From the NCBI GenBank assembly GCA_964035545.1, contig OZ037766.1:15180722-15244721 (forward strand): a stretch of DNA of 64,000 bases, written 5' to 3'. The stretch is from Bugula neritina (Eukaryota; Animalia; Bryozoa). Both the position numbers and the translations under genes were made by a program. The notes under the pieces are model-generated. The model made no database searches, was not told the origin of the DNA, and was given only the letters and a program-made list of their open reading frames with translations. Below, one piece after another: positions 12,703 to 25,800 of this stretch (position 1 is its first letter; each line of letters opens with the position of its first letter).

Positions 12703-15700
12703 CTACTCTACTTTGGTCGTATATCTGGTCCAGATGTAACTCCATGTCCTGGAGACATGCTTGACTTTGATTTCTTCTGGAATAGTAGGGAGATTATTGA
12801 GCAGTTCATATACTCTTGTCTCATCCTCATCATTAGTCCTGTATGTTATGAACTCAACCAACGCATCATGCAACCTGTATGAGAATACATATCCATCAAT
12901 AGTTACTGTGGGTAGAACATTCTGTGGTGTAGAACATTCTGTGGTGTAGAACATGAGGACTTCAAATTTACTAATCCTATAATATTTAAGAATAAAAACC
13001 TACATAAGTATGACTATAGAGCACAACATAAGAATATAGCAAATACAGCAGCAGTTAAGTTGTGGGATCAAGTAGTAGTATTATGCTGTTGATAGAGATG
13101 ACTCTCCCCCCCCAGAAAGAGCTTTGACAAGCAGTAAACATTCATCGGTTTGACCACCACTTTTGTAGCGTCACTGAACTTATTAACATTGCATTGCAAA
13201 GGATAAGTTTAGTCAAACTATACATTATTTCTCCGACTATAGAAGAGTGACACACATAAATATCAACAAGATTAAAAACAGAAGCATTAGCTAACTACAC
13301 ACCCTTGGTCTGGATTCACACTTTCTTGTTGAACTGCTGCTTTATTTAGCCTGAGGATGATAAATCTAAACAACTCCTGAAGAAGTTGCTTAGTTCTAGG
13401 GCTATTAAACTGACACTGCAGCTTGAGCTCCTCATGTTGCGTAGCATTCAAAATTTCTCGACATTCGGCAGAAATATCGTCGAACGGCTCCTGAAAGACG
13501 ACACAGAATTGAGTGATGCATCTAACATGTTGCAGAACAAATCAGAACTCAAAAAAATAATTTATGTAATACGCAGAAGAAGGGCTCAAGACACCACATA
13601 GTTAAACAATTCTTTAAACATAACATAAAATTATGAATGAAACCAGTTAGCCTAGGGCCACACGGTGCATATTTTCGCATGCGAAAATTGAAATAACAAG
13701 TAGCAAAGGTGTCCACTGTAGCGTCAGTGATGCGTGATAAATAAAGCATTCATTTTTAAATCGCACTCGCTTTCAATAACACGCAATTTACTGGAATGTA
13801 GCACTAAAATAAAGAAATTGGGCTCGCTGAATAACTACCAGCCAATTAAGTGACGAAGACAGAGACGATTCGCACTTGCGTTGAAAATGCAGAGCGACAA
13901 GTGCGAATGTTTTCTCAACGCGCACAGTGGACACCTTTGCTACTTGTGATTTCAATTTTCGAATGCGAAAATACGCGCCGTGTGGCCCTAGGCTTACTGG
14001 GACACAAAGCCATAAATATATCTATCACCTACAAGTTACATGGATATATTTCACTGTATGTGAAGATGTAACACTGAACAGTACCTGGTGTTTTCTCATA
14101 AGCAGGTCAGTCTGTGTGAACTTAACAACTAGCCACACGTGTACAACATGCTTTAGCTTAATATCATTGGTCAAATAACTTGGCACTCTGCCAAATGTAG
14201 CTTCCATGTACTCAAGTAAAGAGTTATCTCCCTCTATGTGCTTCATTACAGAGAGAAAATTGATGACAATCCTCAACTCTTTCAGATTGTGAGTTAATGT
14301 CTGCACATTCATTGACAGCATCTTTATGATAGAAGCTTGCAGATCAGCTGACATGAATTCCTAAAATACACATCAAATTATACAGTAAAGTCTAGTGAAT
14401 AGTTCTCAATTAGCTATGATAATAATAGAAATATATCCACTCTGAAAAATACCACAAAAACACAATAAAGTAGTTGCATAAGTTTCCCTGCCTGACTGTC
14501 ACCTAATATAACTGAGTGACATCTGTCAAATACCAACCTGACTGTCACCTAACACAACTGAGTGAAAAGTGTCAAATACCAACCCGACTGTCACCTAATA
14601 CAACTGAGTGACATGTGTCAAATACCAACCTGACTGTCATTGATTGCCTGCATCTGGTTGTGGAGATTAAAATCTTCTTGATAGACATAAAATGGCAGCT
14701 GATCTCTGCTGAACTCAATCCTTGGTTTGTTACTGATATATCTGTGCATTACTTCTCTCTCTATAGCTGGCCAGTTGTATGTAACAGAAGTTGTCTCCCT
14801 TAACTCATATTCACTGTGAGACTGTATGAGGTTGAGAAGCTCATCTCCAGTAGACAAACTGATGATGTTGGTTGGTGTGACAGCAGAAAGAGGAATCTTT
14901 AATCTAGAATGAAAAATAATTTAAATGATCAACATATACATCCCAGTTAATAATGTTTTCACTGATGCAAACTAACGAATGAATGATGACTTTTATATGT
15001 GCATAAGAAATAAGATTTTCACAAATTTATATTATCAGACACTAAAACAATTTTAATAATAAGATTATACCTCATAGAGTCATCGAATGCGAGTCGGCCA
15101 TTATGTGTATCAGTGAGCACAGCAACCAACAGAACTGGCATGGATTCTGTGTAGCGCTGTTGGTCAATCAGGAAGTTTGAAAGAACGGATCCCATGTGCA
15201 GTTCTTTTAGTCGTTTCCCACCAACTTCTGATAAAAAATTGAAATATATTTATAATTATTAATGCAATGTAAGTTGATACTCAAAAATAAAACGCAACTA
15301 TAAACTTAATAAGCTCAGTATTATATGCTATAAACTCTACTCAAAAATTTTTTTTATAACGTAGGAAATGTCTGTAGCTGTGTTATCAGTTATCACATAA
15401 ACCTTTTAGTCTTAGCAACATGATTAATAAATGCAGATCACACAGCACACACACACAAAGTAATAAGTATATATTAATACATATAAAGAATTTCAAAAGT
15501 ATGTAGATGTATGTTATATAACAACATTAGGGGTAAGTTTTCCAGTTTTAATTTCCATCATGATTGTATCACATGTTCACTTTGAATATTAAAAGGTAGT
15601 ATAATTTCATAAAACAAGCTACTAACCACCCAGCAGCTGGTAGACGGAGTTCCAAGCTTCGATAAAGTTAGACACCAATTGTTTCAAGTTTGAAATTTCC

Positions 15701-17641
15701 TTTTCGTACTGCTGACAGAAATCTTTAACACGGAGCTTGGAGGCATCCACACGGCTGAACTTGCTGTGAAATCTATCACCGAGTGTCTTGATCAGAGAGA
15801 GCACGTCTGGTAAATACTTGACAGCCATCAGAGCATCACAATGGTCTGTAATGTCTTTCAGTCTTGGACAGTTCTGGATAACACAACATACACTCAAAAG
15901 TAGGTAGAGTTGGTAGGAATGCAACAACAATATTATACCAGTGACAGTGTCACACAATACTTGATGGGCTATTCTCCCTTTAGAGTAGGGAATGCTTACC
16001 TTCACTGTAGATCCAAGCATATTCTGAACAGCTGCCAAGGTTAGAGGTCGTCGGTAACCCCAGAGCCCAGCTGATGCCAGGATGTTGTCATTATTAATTG
16101 GTTTATCAGAAACAGAAAGAAGTCTCTTGATGTCTACTGAGTCAGCTGACTTCAGCTTTCTGTTCATATTCTGTAGCTGTTGTGTCTGTATAGACAAGGA
16201 AATATACAGCTGATAGCCACTGTAATGTTACTCTGAGCATATAGTCTCAACATCTGATTTACTAGACATGTTCTGTGAGAGTAACATTTATCTGAACATT
16301 AAAACTACAAATGCATGTACAAGAACTATACAATTTTTAAATAGCTTTCAGGCCAAAATAATTTTAGTACTAAATGAACTGTTTCTAAGTATTCTAAAAT
16401 TTAATATAGTATTCTACTAAAAAAGTTATCTTTTAATTTAACCGAAAGGAAAAAGAAGCAAAAAAATAATTAAAAAGATAAACCATTATAGATGTTTAGT
16501 CAAACTAATAAAATAACTGATCATTAAATGCTAAGGACATGCCCAGACAGCTACTGCCTCTTACACTTTGGCACTAAACACATTCCACCATTGATACTGC
16601 AGTGGCTGTTAACACTGCCTTTTATAAACAACTGAATCACTTTCTGCTTAGTATATGCACACATCAGGTAAAAGGTGCTCAGCAGTGCCAGGTAAAGGAA
16701 ATTACCTTTTGACTGAAAGTAGGTTTAATATACTTCATGTCAAACTGTTGCTCCCACTGTCTCCTCTTAGCCATTGAATCCAACACAATATTGTTACCAT
16801 TACGGGCAGCTGCAAAACAACACATGCAATATACAGGCCCACATTCATAATTGTTTCTAGTGGAATATGCTGCATTTATTTAGCTATGATTTTTTTCTAC
16901 AAGTGCTATCAACTAATAACTCTGTCATAAAAAAGCAAGATAGCAATTATTTAACATTTGACGAATTAAAGCCACGATATTAAAAATATAGTATATGTAA
17001 AAAACTAAAGCAGTTCCAACCATCAAGAGATTAGCAATGATGCTATTTTTTGTAGTACACAAAAAACATGCTATTGTATATTAATGTGTTAAAGCCGAAT
17101 GATAAAAGCATTTACTTTCAAAACTCAAAATTAAATATTTACTAGTCTGAGTGCGAGTGATGGTATACATATAAACTTTGATTTTAATAAATCAAAGACC
17201 AGATTCGTACACACCATGTTTTATCCTGTTGATGACATCATGAAGTAGTAGAATACAATCATCTGTACTCTCAGCACAACACTGAGCAATCTGTTGTAGG
17301 TCTAACTGTATGTGAGCATCTATGAATGGTCGAACATCCTCCTCTCTTGCTAAGTTTGGGCGGATCATTTGATGTACCTGAGTTATACAATAATAACTGT
17401 ATGTTGAACAGACTAGCTGTGTACATACTTAATAGTAAGTGTAAACTGTAGGTTAATAATAGAATATATTAAACAGATATGACTTACATGCTGGATGTTG
17501 AACAGACTAGCTGTGTACATACTCAGATGAGTCAAACACCTCAACACAGCACAGGAAAGAGAATTCAAGTCTCTCTCTGGAGCAGTTTGACTCCTTCTAT
17601 CTGCTGTACCCAGTATATGACCAGGTTGAGTCTTTCCTGAA
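12703..17641 (-). CDS. RNF213: RNF213 exons: end of E3 core and C-terminal domain
   Basis: Exons 17488-17641, 17215-17377, 16706-16809, 16000-16185, 15627-15873, 15071-15227, 14630-14903, 14085-14360, 13303-13490 and 12703-12874. Peptides GKTQPGHILG, KYLPDVL, YNWPAIE, KLKHVVHVW, EPFDDISAEC, IPEEIKVKH. Confidence 0.9.
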
Positions 17642-20600
17642 CTGTAATACAATTTATAACATATTCTGTAACATAAACCGTGTTTCTAATATACATCATA
17701 TAGTACCAACCTAAAGTAGTATGCATATATACACTCAACCATCTGTAGACTTATACACAGACACATATAAAACATGAAAAAAATAAATTGAGTTGCAAAA
17801 CTTCAAATATGAATAAAAAATTACAAAAAGAAAATTATTAAATCAGGATGGCCAAATAAAACCACTGAGAGTTACTATAAAGATATATACATCTGTAGAC
17901 TTATACACAGGCGAGACATGAAAAAAATAAATTGAGGAATATAAGGGTTGCAAAACTTCAAATGTGAAGAAATTAGAAAATGAAGACAATTTTTAAATCT
18001 AGATGATCAAATAAAACCACTGAGAGTTAATATAAAGATAAATTGTTGTTAGTAAAAGAATCACTGCTCATCGGAAACCAAACAACTTCATCAGCTGCAG
18101 TACCTATCAGTTGCTGTGACTGTTTGATTCCCAGCAGCTCCAGTATGTTGTTCACCTCCAATTTGTGCACCACATGTGGGACACTTGGCTAACACCCACG
18201 GACGCCCACACTAAAACATTAACACATAGTCAGTTGTAACTAATAAAAGCTAACCTGTTTGCAGCTGTAATGTTGACATTCCCAGCAGCAGCTTGATTGT
18301 AGGCACCAGTGCTGCCAATATAGGCTCCACACCCATTAACTGTGCACTGGGCTCGTTCAACAGGTCTTCCACACTGGAACAGGTTTTATTATTAAAATAA
18401 ATAATGACATACCAGGATACTAGTTATAGTCAAGGGGTGCGAAGTAACACTAGAAAGGGTATTACTCAAAATTACAAGCATCACATGATATGAAACATTT
18501 TGTGTTTGATATAGGCCTACAATATAAAACCTAATCTAACTTTAACTATTTATGATATATGTAAGTATATTATAAAAGTTGCATGGTAAGTTGTTGTGGT
18601 ACAAAAATAAGGATAGGAATTTTTAAACTTACATCTCCAATAAAATAAGGATGTCCATTTGGGCATTCTAAAACACATGAAGACATTATTATAGGTAAAC
18701 TCATGCTTTGACTGAGAAACGTCCATACATTAGAGCATCGCAAGATTATCACTTTAGTAAATGTTAGCAGAGAAATAATCTCGACTGGAACATTTGGATA
18801 TACTACTATTTTATTATAAATGCATGAGTTGTGGGTTCACAGTCAAACAGCAATCAAACCCTCAAGCAAATGTCTATTAGTAAGCTGAACACACCTTATG
18901 GCAGTAAATAAATTTACCTAGCCAACACCTAATGTTGCATTTTATGTCTATAAACAAAAATTATGATTATGCATCCCCAGTGAGTTACAATCACTTACTG
19001 TAAGTAGTGGGGGTTCCACCAGAAGCCTGTTGAAGAGCCTGCTTTATCACATCCTGCATTAGCTCCAACTGATTGTCAGCCATTGTTGGAAAGAAATGTG
19101 TCTAAAATTATTGGATGCAATACTACAAGCTATGGAAAAATAGTGTCACAAGAATACAGTGCACAAAAACACAGTTAGATCACATGACATTTTATCATTC
19201 AATTTGAATACAAACACAGTTGCTAGAAACTTACTATTAGTTACAGTATAATTTGACTAGACATACCGCAGCCTGAAGTGGTTGGCTGATGATCTCAGAG
19301 AGAGGATACAGGTCAGCCATGACACCTCCACTACCCAGACAACTGTACAAGTTTAGAACTAACATAGACAAGTTAATTCCTTTAGACTGTTTCACGTCCA
19401 TCTCTCTGGGTAGTCGATTGTCTTGCAGTAACATCTCCAGCAAAGTCTACAAAAAAGGAAATATTAGCATGTTAACCATATCAGTAAAAAACAAAAACAC
19501 ACAGTCAACAAACAATTCCAGCACTGCCAGCCATTTCACAACTACAACACAACTCACCGTCTTATATGTGCCTTTCAGTGTTTTACTCAACTCCTGAGTT
19601 ATACCGTTTCTAGTGTTGATGGACACTGGAACTCGTTGCACCAATGTTCTGGTGATTCTTGTGAACAGAACTTGTAACATTATCATGTCATTTTGACACG
19701 TCTGAAAGAAATAGACAAAATGATTTCATAAAAAACTGTACATTAAACAATAACTAGAAAGAGCTAACAATGGCAGCTAAATAAATACTGAAATATGTCA
19801 GTGAATGAATGCTCGCTGCACCAGCCACCAAGTTGTTTAAATTAAAAATTATACTTGGCTCAGAAGGCTAGGCTTGGTTTAGAGAAAAACCTAGAATATA
19901 AATTAGATTAGTACTTGTCTGAAATTATTCAAGGCATTGACAAATCCATTTCCAGGATATGTCTCAGCAATAACTTTGTCCAGAGAAGAGATAGATTCTC
20001 TGTAATGTTTCTGGTTGGTTACAGAGAGAGCATCTGGCACATCAAATGACTCCAAGTCATGTTTGACATCATCAGGAAGAAGAAAGTTCAGTGAAGTGTT
20101 GACCAGATCTTTAATAAAACTCTCACCACGACTTGCCATTAGTTGTCTAGCAATCAAGTATCTAGAAAAATAGCAGTAACACTTTATATCAACTGAAACT
20201 AGAGAAATATTCTATCTAAAGTGTTGAAAGAAACATTTTTTAGGAAATACCAGGTAATGTAGGACAATAAAAATGAAAAAATGTCAAATATGTGGTTCTG
20301 TTTTCTAGAACACAATTAGCAGTAGCAGAACGTCCAACACTCGGTTTCCAGATTAAAAAATATAATGAGTCATTTTACTTAATTTAGTACATCTAGAGAT
20401 CTCTCTAGTTTTAGCTATTGTTCACAATTTAGTTGCTAATTTATATGGGTTTTCACCCTAAACTAAAAAATACTAACAAATGCAACTAATTAATCAAGGT
20501 TCTTTTTAATTTTGCTTGATTTCCCGTGTTTTCCCTGATTATTTAATGAATGGACCCTTTTCAGAGGTCTCCTTCACAATTAGGAGTTGTGTCCTCTCCA

Positions 20601-22770
20601 AGTGAATAAGTTGAACCTTTGTATAATGAGCAAACTCATTAAAAATTCAAAGTTTGGCTGCTACTTAAAACTTTAATTATGCTATATTAGCAGTTTAAAA
20701 CTTTTTTCATAAAAATATTACATGAAGAACTTTAAAGAAAATAAACTTTAGCGCATTTTTGTGGATTCGGTTACCAAGCAATGCTGAAGTGGCACTTCAG
20801 CATTGATCAGCAACCAAAACCACAAAATTGCGCTAAAGTTTATTCTGTTCAACATTTTTCATTTTGAGAGGACGCAACTCCTAATTGTAAGGGGGTCATT
20901 GGGATCTCTAAAAAAGGCCTATTGAGACTTTCGAACCGTGATGAAAAACCATAACGACTCGCATATATCTATTTAGCTCATATAAAAACGACGCTGTCCT
21001 TAATGTTGCAGGACCTTTCACAGCCTTTGCTTGCTATACACACAGTTAAAACCTGCACATAGAAGTATACCACATAGTAAATTTTTACAAATTATGAGCA
21101 AATTTTAAGTTTTGGTCGTAACTTGCTGATGTGTACTATATAAAATAAAATGACTTGAATATGCATCTTGGTGTGAAACCGTTTATAGCTGAACCATCAG
21201 GTGTTAATTGAAACAAGAATGTAATACAGAACTAGTGAGCATCATTACCCTGGCTGAGTGTTCCCTGATGATACAGAACTGTGAAGAAATTTCTTTAGAG
21301 ATGTTTCCAGTTTTTTTCCAAAAGGTATTGAATTATTTGCCAACAAGCATTCGAGAGACTGGCTGATACAGCACTGTGCATCTGCTAGATCTGATAAAAT
21401 TCCCACAGTAGGTTTTGGGAAAGAGTCTGTGACTAACTCCACATAAGCTCCCAGAACATCTGACAACATATCTAGATCTTTGGCAAACTGGTGGCCAAAA
21501 CTATCCTGTAAATTCAATTAATCAAGGGTAAAAGGCTACCACATAGAAAACAATGATATCTGTCCAGCTTGGTATTCCCAAAATTTTGACTGGCGACTAC
21601 TTTGTGAAAAAGTAAAAGCAGAATTACATTATTACACTATTACACTATTACATAAAAGCTACAAAATACTTCCATACAACAGACCTTGCGACAATCCATG
21701 AGCAAGACCATGGTTTGGAGCTGGTGTTGTTGGTTGGTAGAGACAGCAAGTACTTTGTCAAGGTAAGTGTTCACATAATGCTGTTGTCTGCATGAGAGTA
21801 AGAGTTTGAGTAGAAATGATCTGAGAACAGGGGTTGGATCCACAACTTCTTGACTGTTGAATAAACTGAACTGTCTGGTTGTCTCTCCACCCCTGGCAGT
21901 CACACAGTCCAGCAGCCATCTTATGATCTCATCATCAGGATCTCTTTCCTTTTCATTGAACATGATGTCAGACACAAATTTCATGAAGAATTTGTTCATT
22001 CTCTTTCTCAAGTCTTTGAATGAAGTCAGTTGCTGTTCACTATAATCAAACTAACAACTTCTAGTAATTTAATATTAATACTAACAAGCAAAATAATATA
22101 ATAAAAATCACAAACAGGAAGTCAAGTGGGTTGAACATATTTTGTAAAAACATGCACTATAATGTTACCAAGTTTAACAAAATATTGACAATAATAGAAG
22201 TTATTTCAACACTACTAAAAAGTGAATAGAATTTCATACATACTCTATGTTATCCTCTGCTGGATTATAGTTATATGGTTTTGGTATTTCTTTGCCACAG
22301 TTATCCACAGAGCATATTTGCACTTCTTTTACACAGCCATCACATATAAAATGATTGCAAGGCAATCTGATGGGTGAATCTAAAGCTTTATCACAAACAG
22401 GGCAGGTTTTAGGGCAGTTGCTAAAACACAAAACATTCTAAGCTTATTGGCCGTAATAAATTAATTTGCATGAAGCAAATCCCAACAAATGCTTGAGTAG
22501 TGACAGACAAACTCTCTCAGCATATGTAATATTTTGCAAGAGAACATAATATACCTAAGTATAAAATGCAGAAGCATTTTTGAACTTACGAATATAAATT
22601 CTGGATATTGTCTACAACAGCTGCCCTGAGAAAGTCAATCACTTGTTGAAATGTCTCACAACTCTGGAAATCTCTACCAGTAACCATCTAATAGTAACAA
22701 ATTACATATGAAAGATAAATAAGTAAATAAATAAATAAACAAATATATATATACATATATACATATATAT

Positions 22771-22837
<67 letters not shown>

Positions 22838-25800
22838 GGAATGCAAGTTGTATATTATCATAAAAGGAAGCTGGCAGATTTAAGCATGAAGCAGTACAAA
22901 GTTTTATATTATTCATAAACTTGTCACTGTAAATACATAATTATATACTTATTAAAATTATTGTTTTAGCAGTTTAGTTTAATAAGCCAGACTTTTTTAA
23001 CGAAACCCTCGTCTATAAATTCCAACTGACTTCGTCCCAAGAGAATAAACAGCTAGAATTTAGTATAAAGACTAAAGGGGAATAGTTATGACGTACAAAG
23101 AATCAAATTAATCTGCCTACCCTTGTGAAGAAGGCAAGTTTGTGCATTGGTCTCTTCCCAGTCTTTTTGACAACAGGACTTGGGATGATGATATGCTCCA
23201 CATAAAGTTTTTTTACGTTGAGACGAGACCATATTCTCCTGCAAATAGTAGGCACACATAGGATAGAAGACATGCATATTTGACAAACAACTTCATTACT
23301 GGTATACAAGGCGATTTTTTGGCTGTTGATAACTTAACAAAATTTTGTTATCAGTATATATAAATATCAGTATATATGAATATAACTGCCATGTTTTTGA
23401 GCCTCTCTCTGTTTATTACAGCTATTAGCATATATTCTATCCATGTGACAAACGAAATACTAACTTAATAAAGTTAAAAGCAAACATCAATAGAAAACAG
23501 AATTCGCTTGCAAGTTTTACAAGATGAGGTCTTGTTTAGAAAAGAACATCCTCTCTGATGTATATTATAGTGTAATAAGAATAAGTATATTTTTGATGCA
23601 AAACTGTTGCTCTAAAGTCTAAAAAAATTTGACTGGTAAATATTAAAAATAAAGTTTGATTGTATGCATTGAAGTAAATAGACTTCAAGAGCATTAGGAG
23701 TAAAAAAACTAAAAGATGATTTAAAATAAAAAAGGTGAGAGAAAGGAGTGTTGCTATGAAGAAAACAACTGGAGACACGCATTGTAAAATGTGTGAAGTC
23801 AGCCATCATCAAGCAAACACAAGTGAAGATGAAGCCAATAAATGATCTTTAACAGTGGCAGAGCTTCACTATTACTAAGCTAAATGTTGAGCCAGGTGTA
23901 AAAAAGTGCAAAATAGAAGCATATTACAAATAAATATACATTTTTTGACAATAATACAACAAAATTAGCAAATCAAGTATTGAAATCTGAAATTTTACAA
24001 CAGAAGAAAATTATTGAGTAAAATTTAACAGAGACATGGTAAGTTTTGCTTGAAGAGGTGGCGTAAAAAATGAGTTTTTGCAGGTCAAAGAAAAACATCA
24101 AATTAACCGATCATTCCATTGGTCAGTTAAAGATGGCTCAGACAACTTTCGTTTCTATGGCAACTGAAAAATGACAAAGGGCATGCATGTTATGCAGCTG
24201 AGACCCTCTCACCTGCACTCAGTTATATATTCCTCATTCTCATCTTCTTTGGAGTGGAGAATTTGCAAAGTTATCATCTTACATTGCTCTACTTTTTTAA
24301 CCCAAGATTCAGGGTTCAACATCAGTTCATTAGCTCTTACGTCCCACAAGGAGGTGAGTAAACAGTTCAGAGCAAGAAAGTCACATGGCTACAAGAATTA
24401 TATCAACATTTTTAACAATATAAATCAATAGCTCTTTCCAATAGGTCATCAAAGCATCAAAATGTATAAAAACCACAACATTATTTGTTAAAACATACCA
24501 CAAGCTCCTTTCCTTCTTTGATGGTGGATTCTACTTGTTTTTTCACTAAAGAAATGACATCACTATCTTCTTCAAGCAAAGCAAAGACTGCAGAGAGATT
24601 CTCAAACATAGCCTTCTGTTGTCTGTAAGCCACGTTGACGTGCACCAGACTGATGTCACCAAATACACTTCTTTGAATGCTGGTCATCAAGTAGAGGCCA
24701 ACAATCTACATCATAGGAATTACATTTGAAGACTACAACTTTTACATTTGTAAGAGATTATTACCAAATTGAATAATCCCGCAATTAGTAACTTTTATTT
24801 TTTAAAAACAATCTTGATACATTTTCCAACACCAGTAGAGATTCAAAAGCAGTCATACTAATTAGGATTGTCTGTTATTATCATAATGGAAAAAGCTGCA
24901 TATGCATCATAGTCAACTGAAATTGTGTTATAAAAGCAACTAAATGTTTTGAAATCAAACTGTAAACCATAGTCGCATATTTTAAATTAAGAGAAATAAA
25001 TTCAGTACTCATGATTAAATAGAGAGCTCAAAACTGTAAATATTTCTATGAAATAAAGATTGTAATATACCTTATGTTCGTGTGAGTTGATACAAGGGTG
25101 GACCATGTAGATGAAGTCAATAAGGTAACAGTCCAACAGTTCAGTGACTCGCTTTCTGTTCTCATCATCAAAGAAGACTTTTCCAATAGGAGACATTTTG
25201 AACTGCTCAATTGAAGACTCGACTCCAGCCCCTGAAACAGTATATGGCTTTAATATAAACATTCCCAAATATCTTAACACTAACAAATTTCTACAACATT
25301 TAGTTAAAAATCATCCAGAATAAAATACTGAAACCAATCTCAATGCTAGAACTATAAAGCTTGCATAGTAACATAGTAAAAGAATGACATTAAGGTAACT
25401 TGTTTATTATAAAACATCAAAATTCTACTGAAGTGACTCACCAAAGTCCAGGTTGACATTAGCACCCATCAGGCTTTCAATAGTTTCCTTCACAATCCAT
25501 GAGAAAGGAAGTCGAGTTGAAAAGTTGTGAGAGCCATAACCAATCTCCTGGATCCTGTACTGCTGAGGTAGTTTCTATGATAGACAAACCATTACACTTT
25601 GATCTCTAAACATATCTCTAAATTTATAATGTTTTTATTTGCATGCATTAGGAATCATTCCAACAAGTATAAGTAATGTAACAAATATTAAGGCAAAATG
25701 CAGGCATTAAACAACATACAGCTTGGTTGTTGTTGGCTTTGTTGTGCTTTGTAATATGACTGAACTTCAGTCCCAGCTTGTGAGCTTGTTCAAATATCTG

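Noticed and set aside
22674-22916. ORF with IYIYIY repeat
   Set aside because: This is a translation of the (TA)n microsatellite.
23010-23052. Possible RNF213 micro-exon (LFILLGR)
   Set aside because: Not needed: exon 23121-23238 splices in phase 0 to the acceptor at 22687 (MVTGRDFQS).
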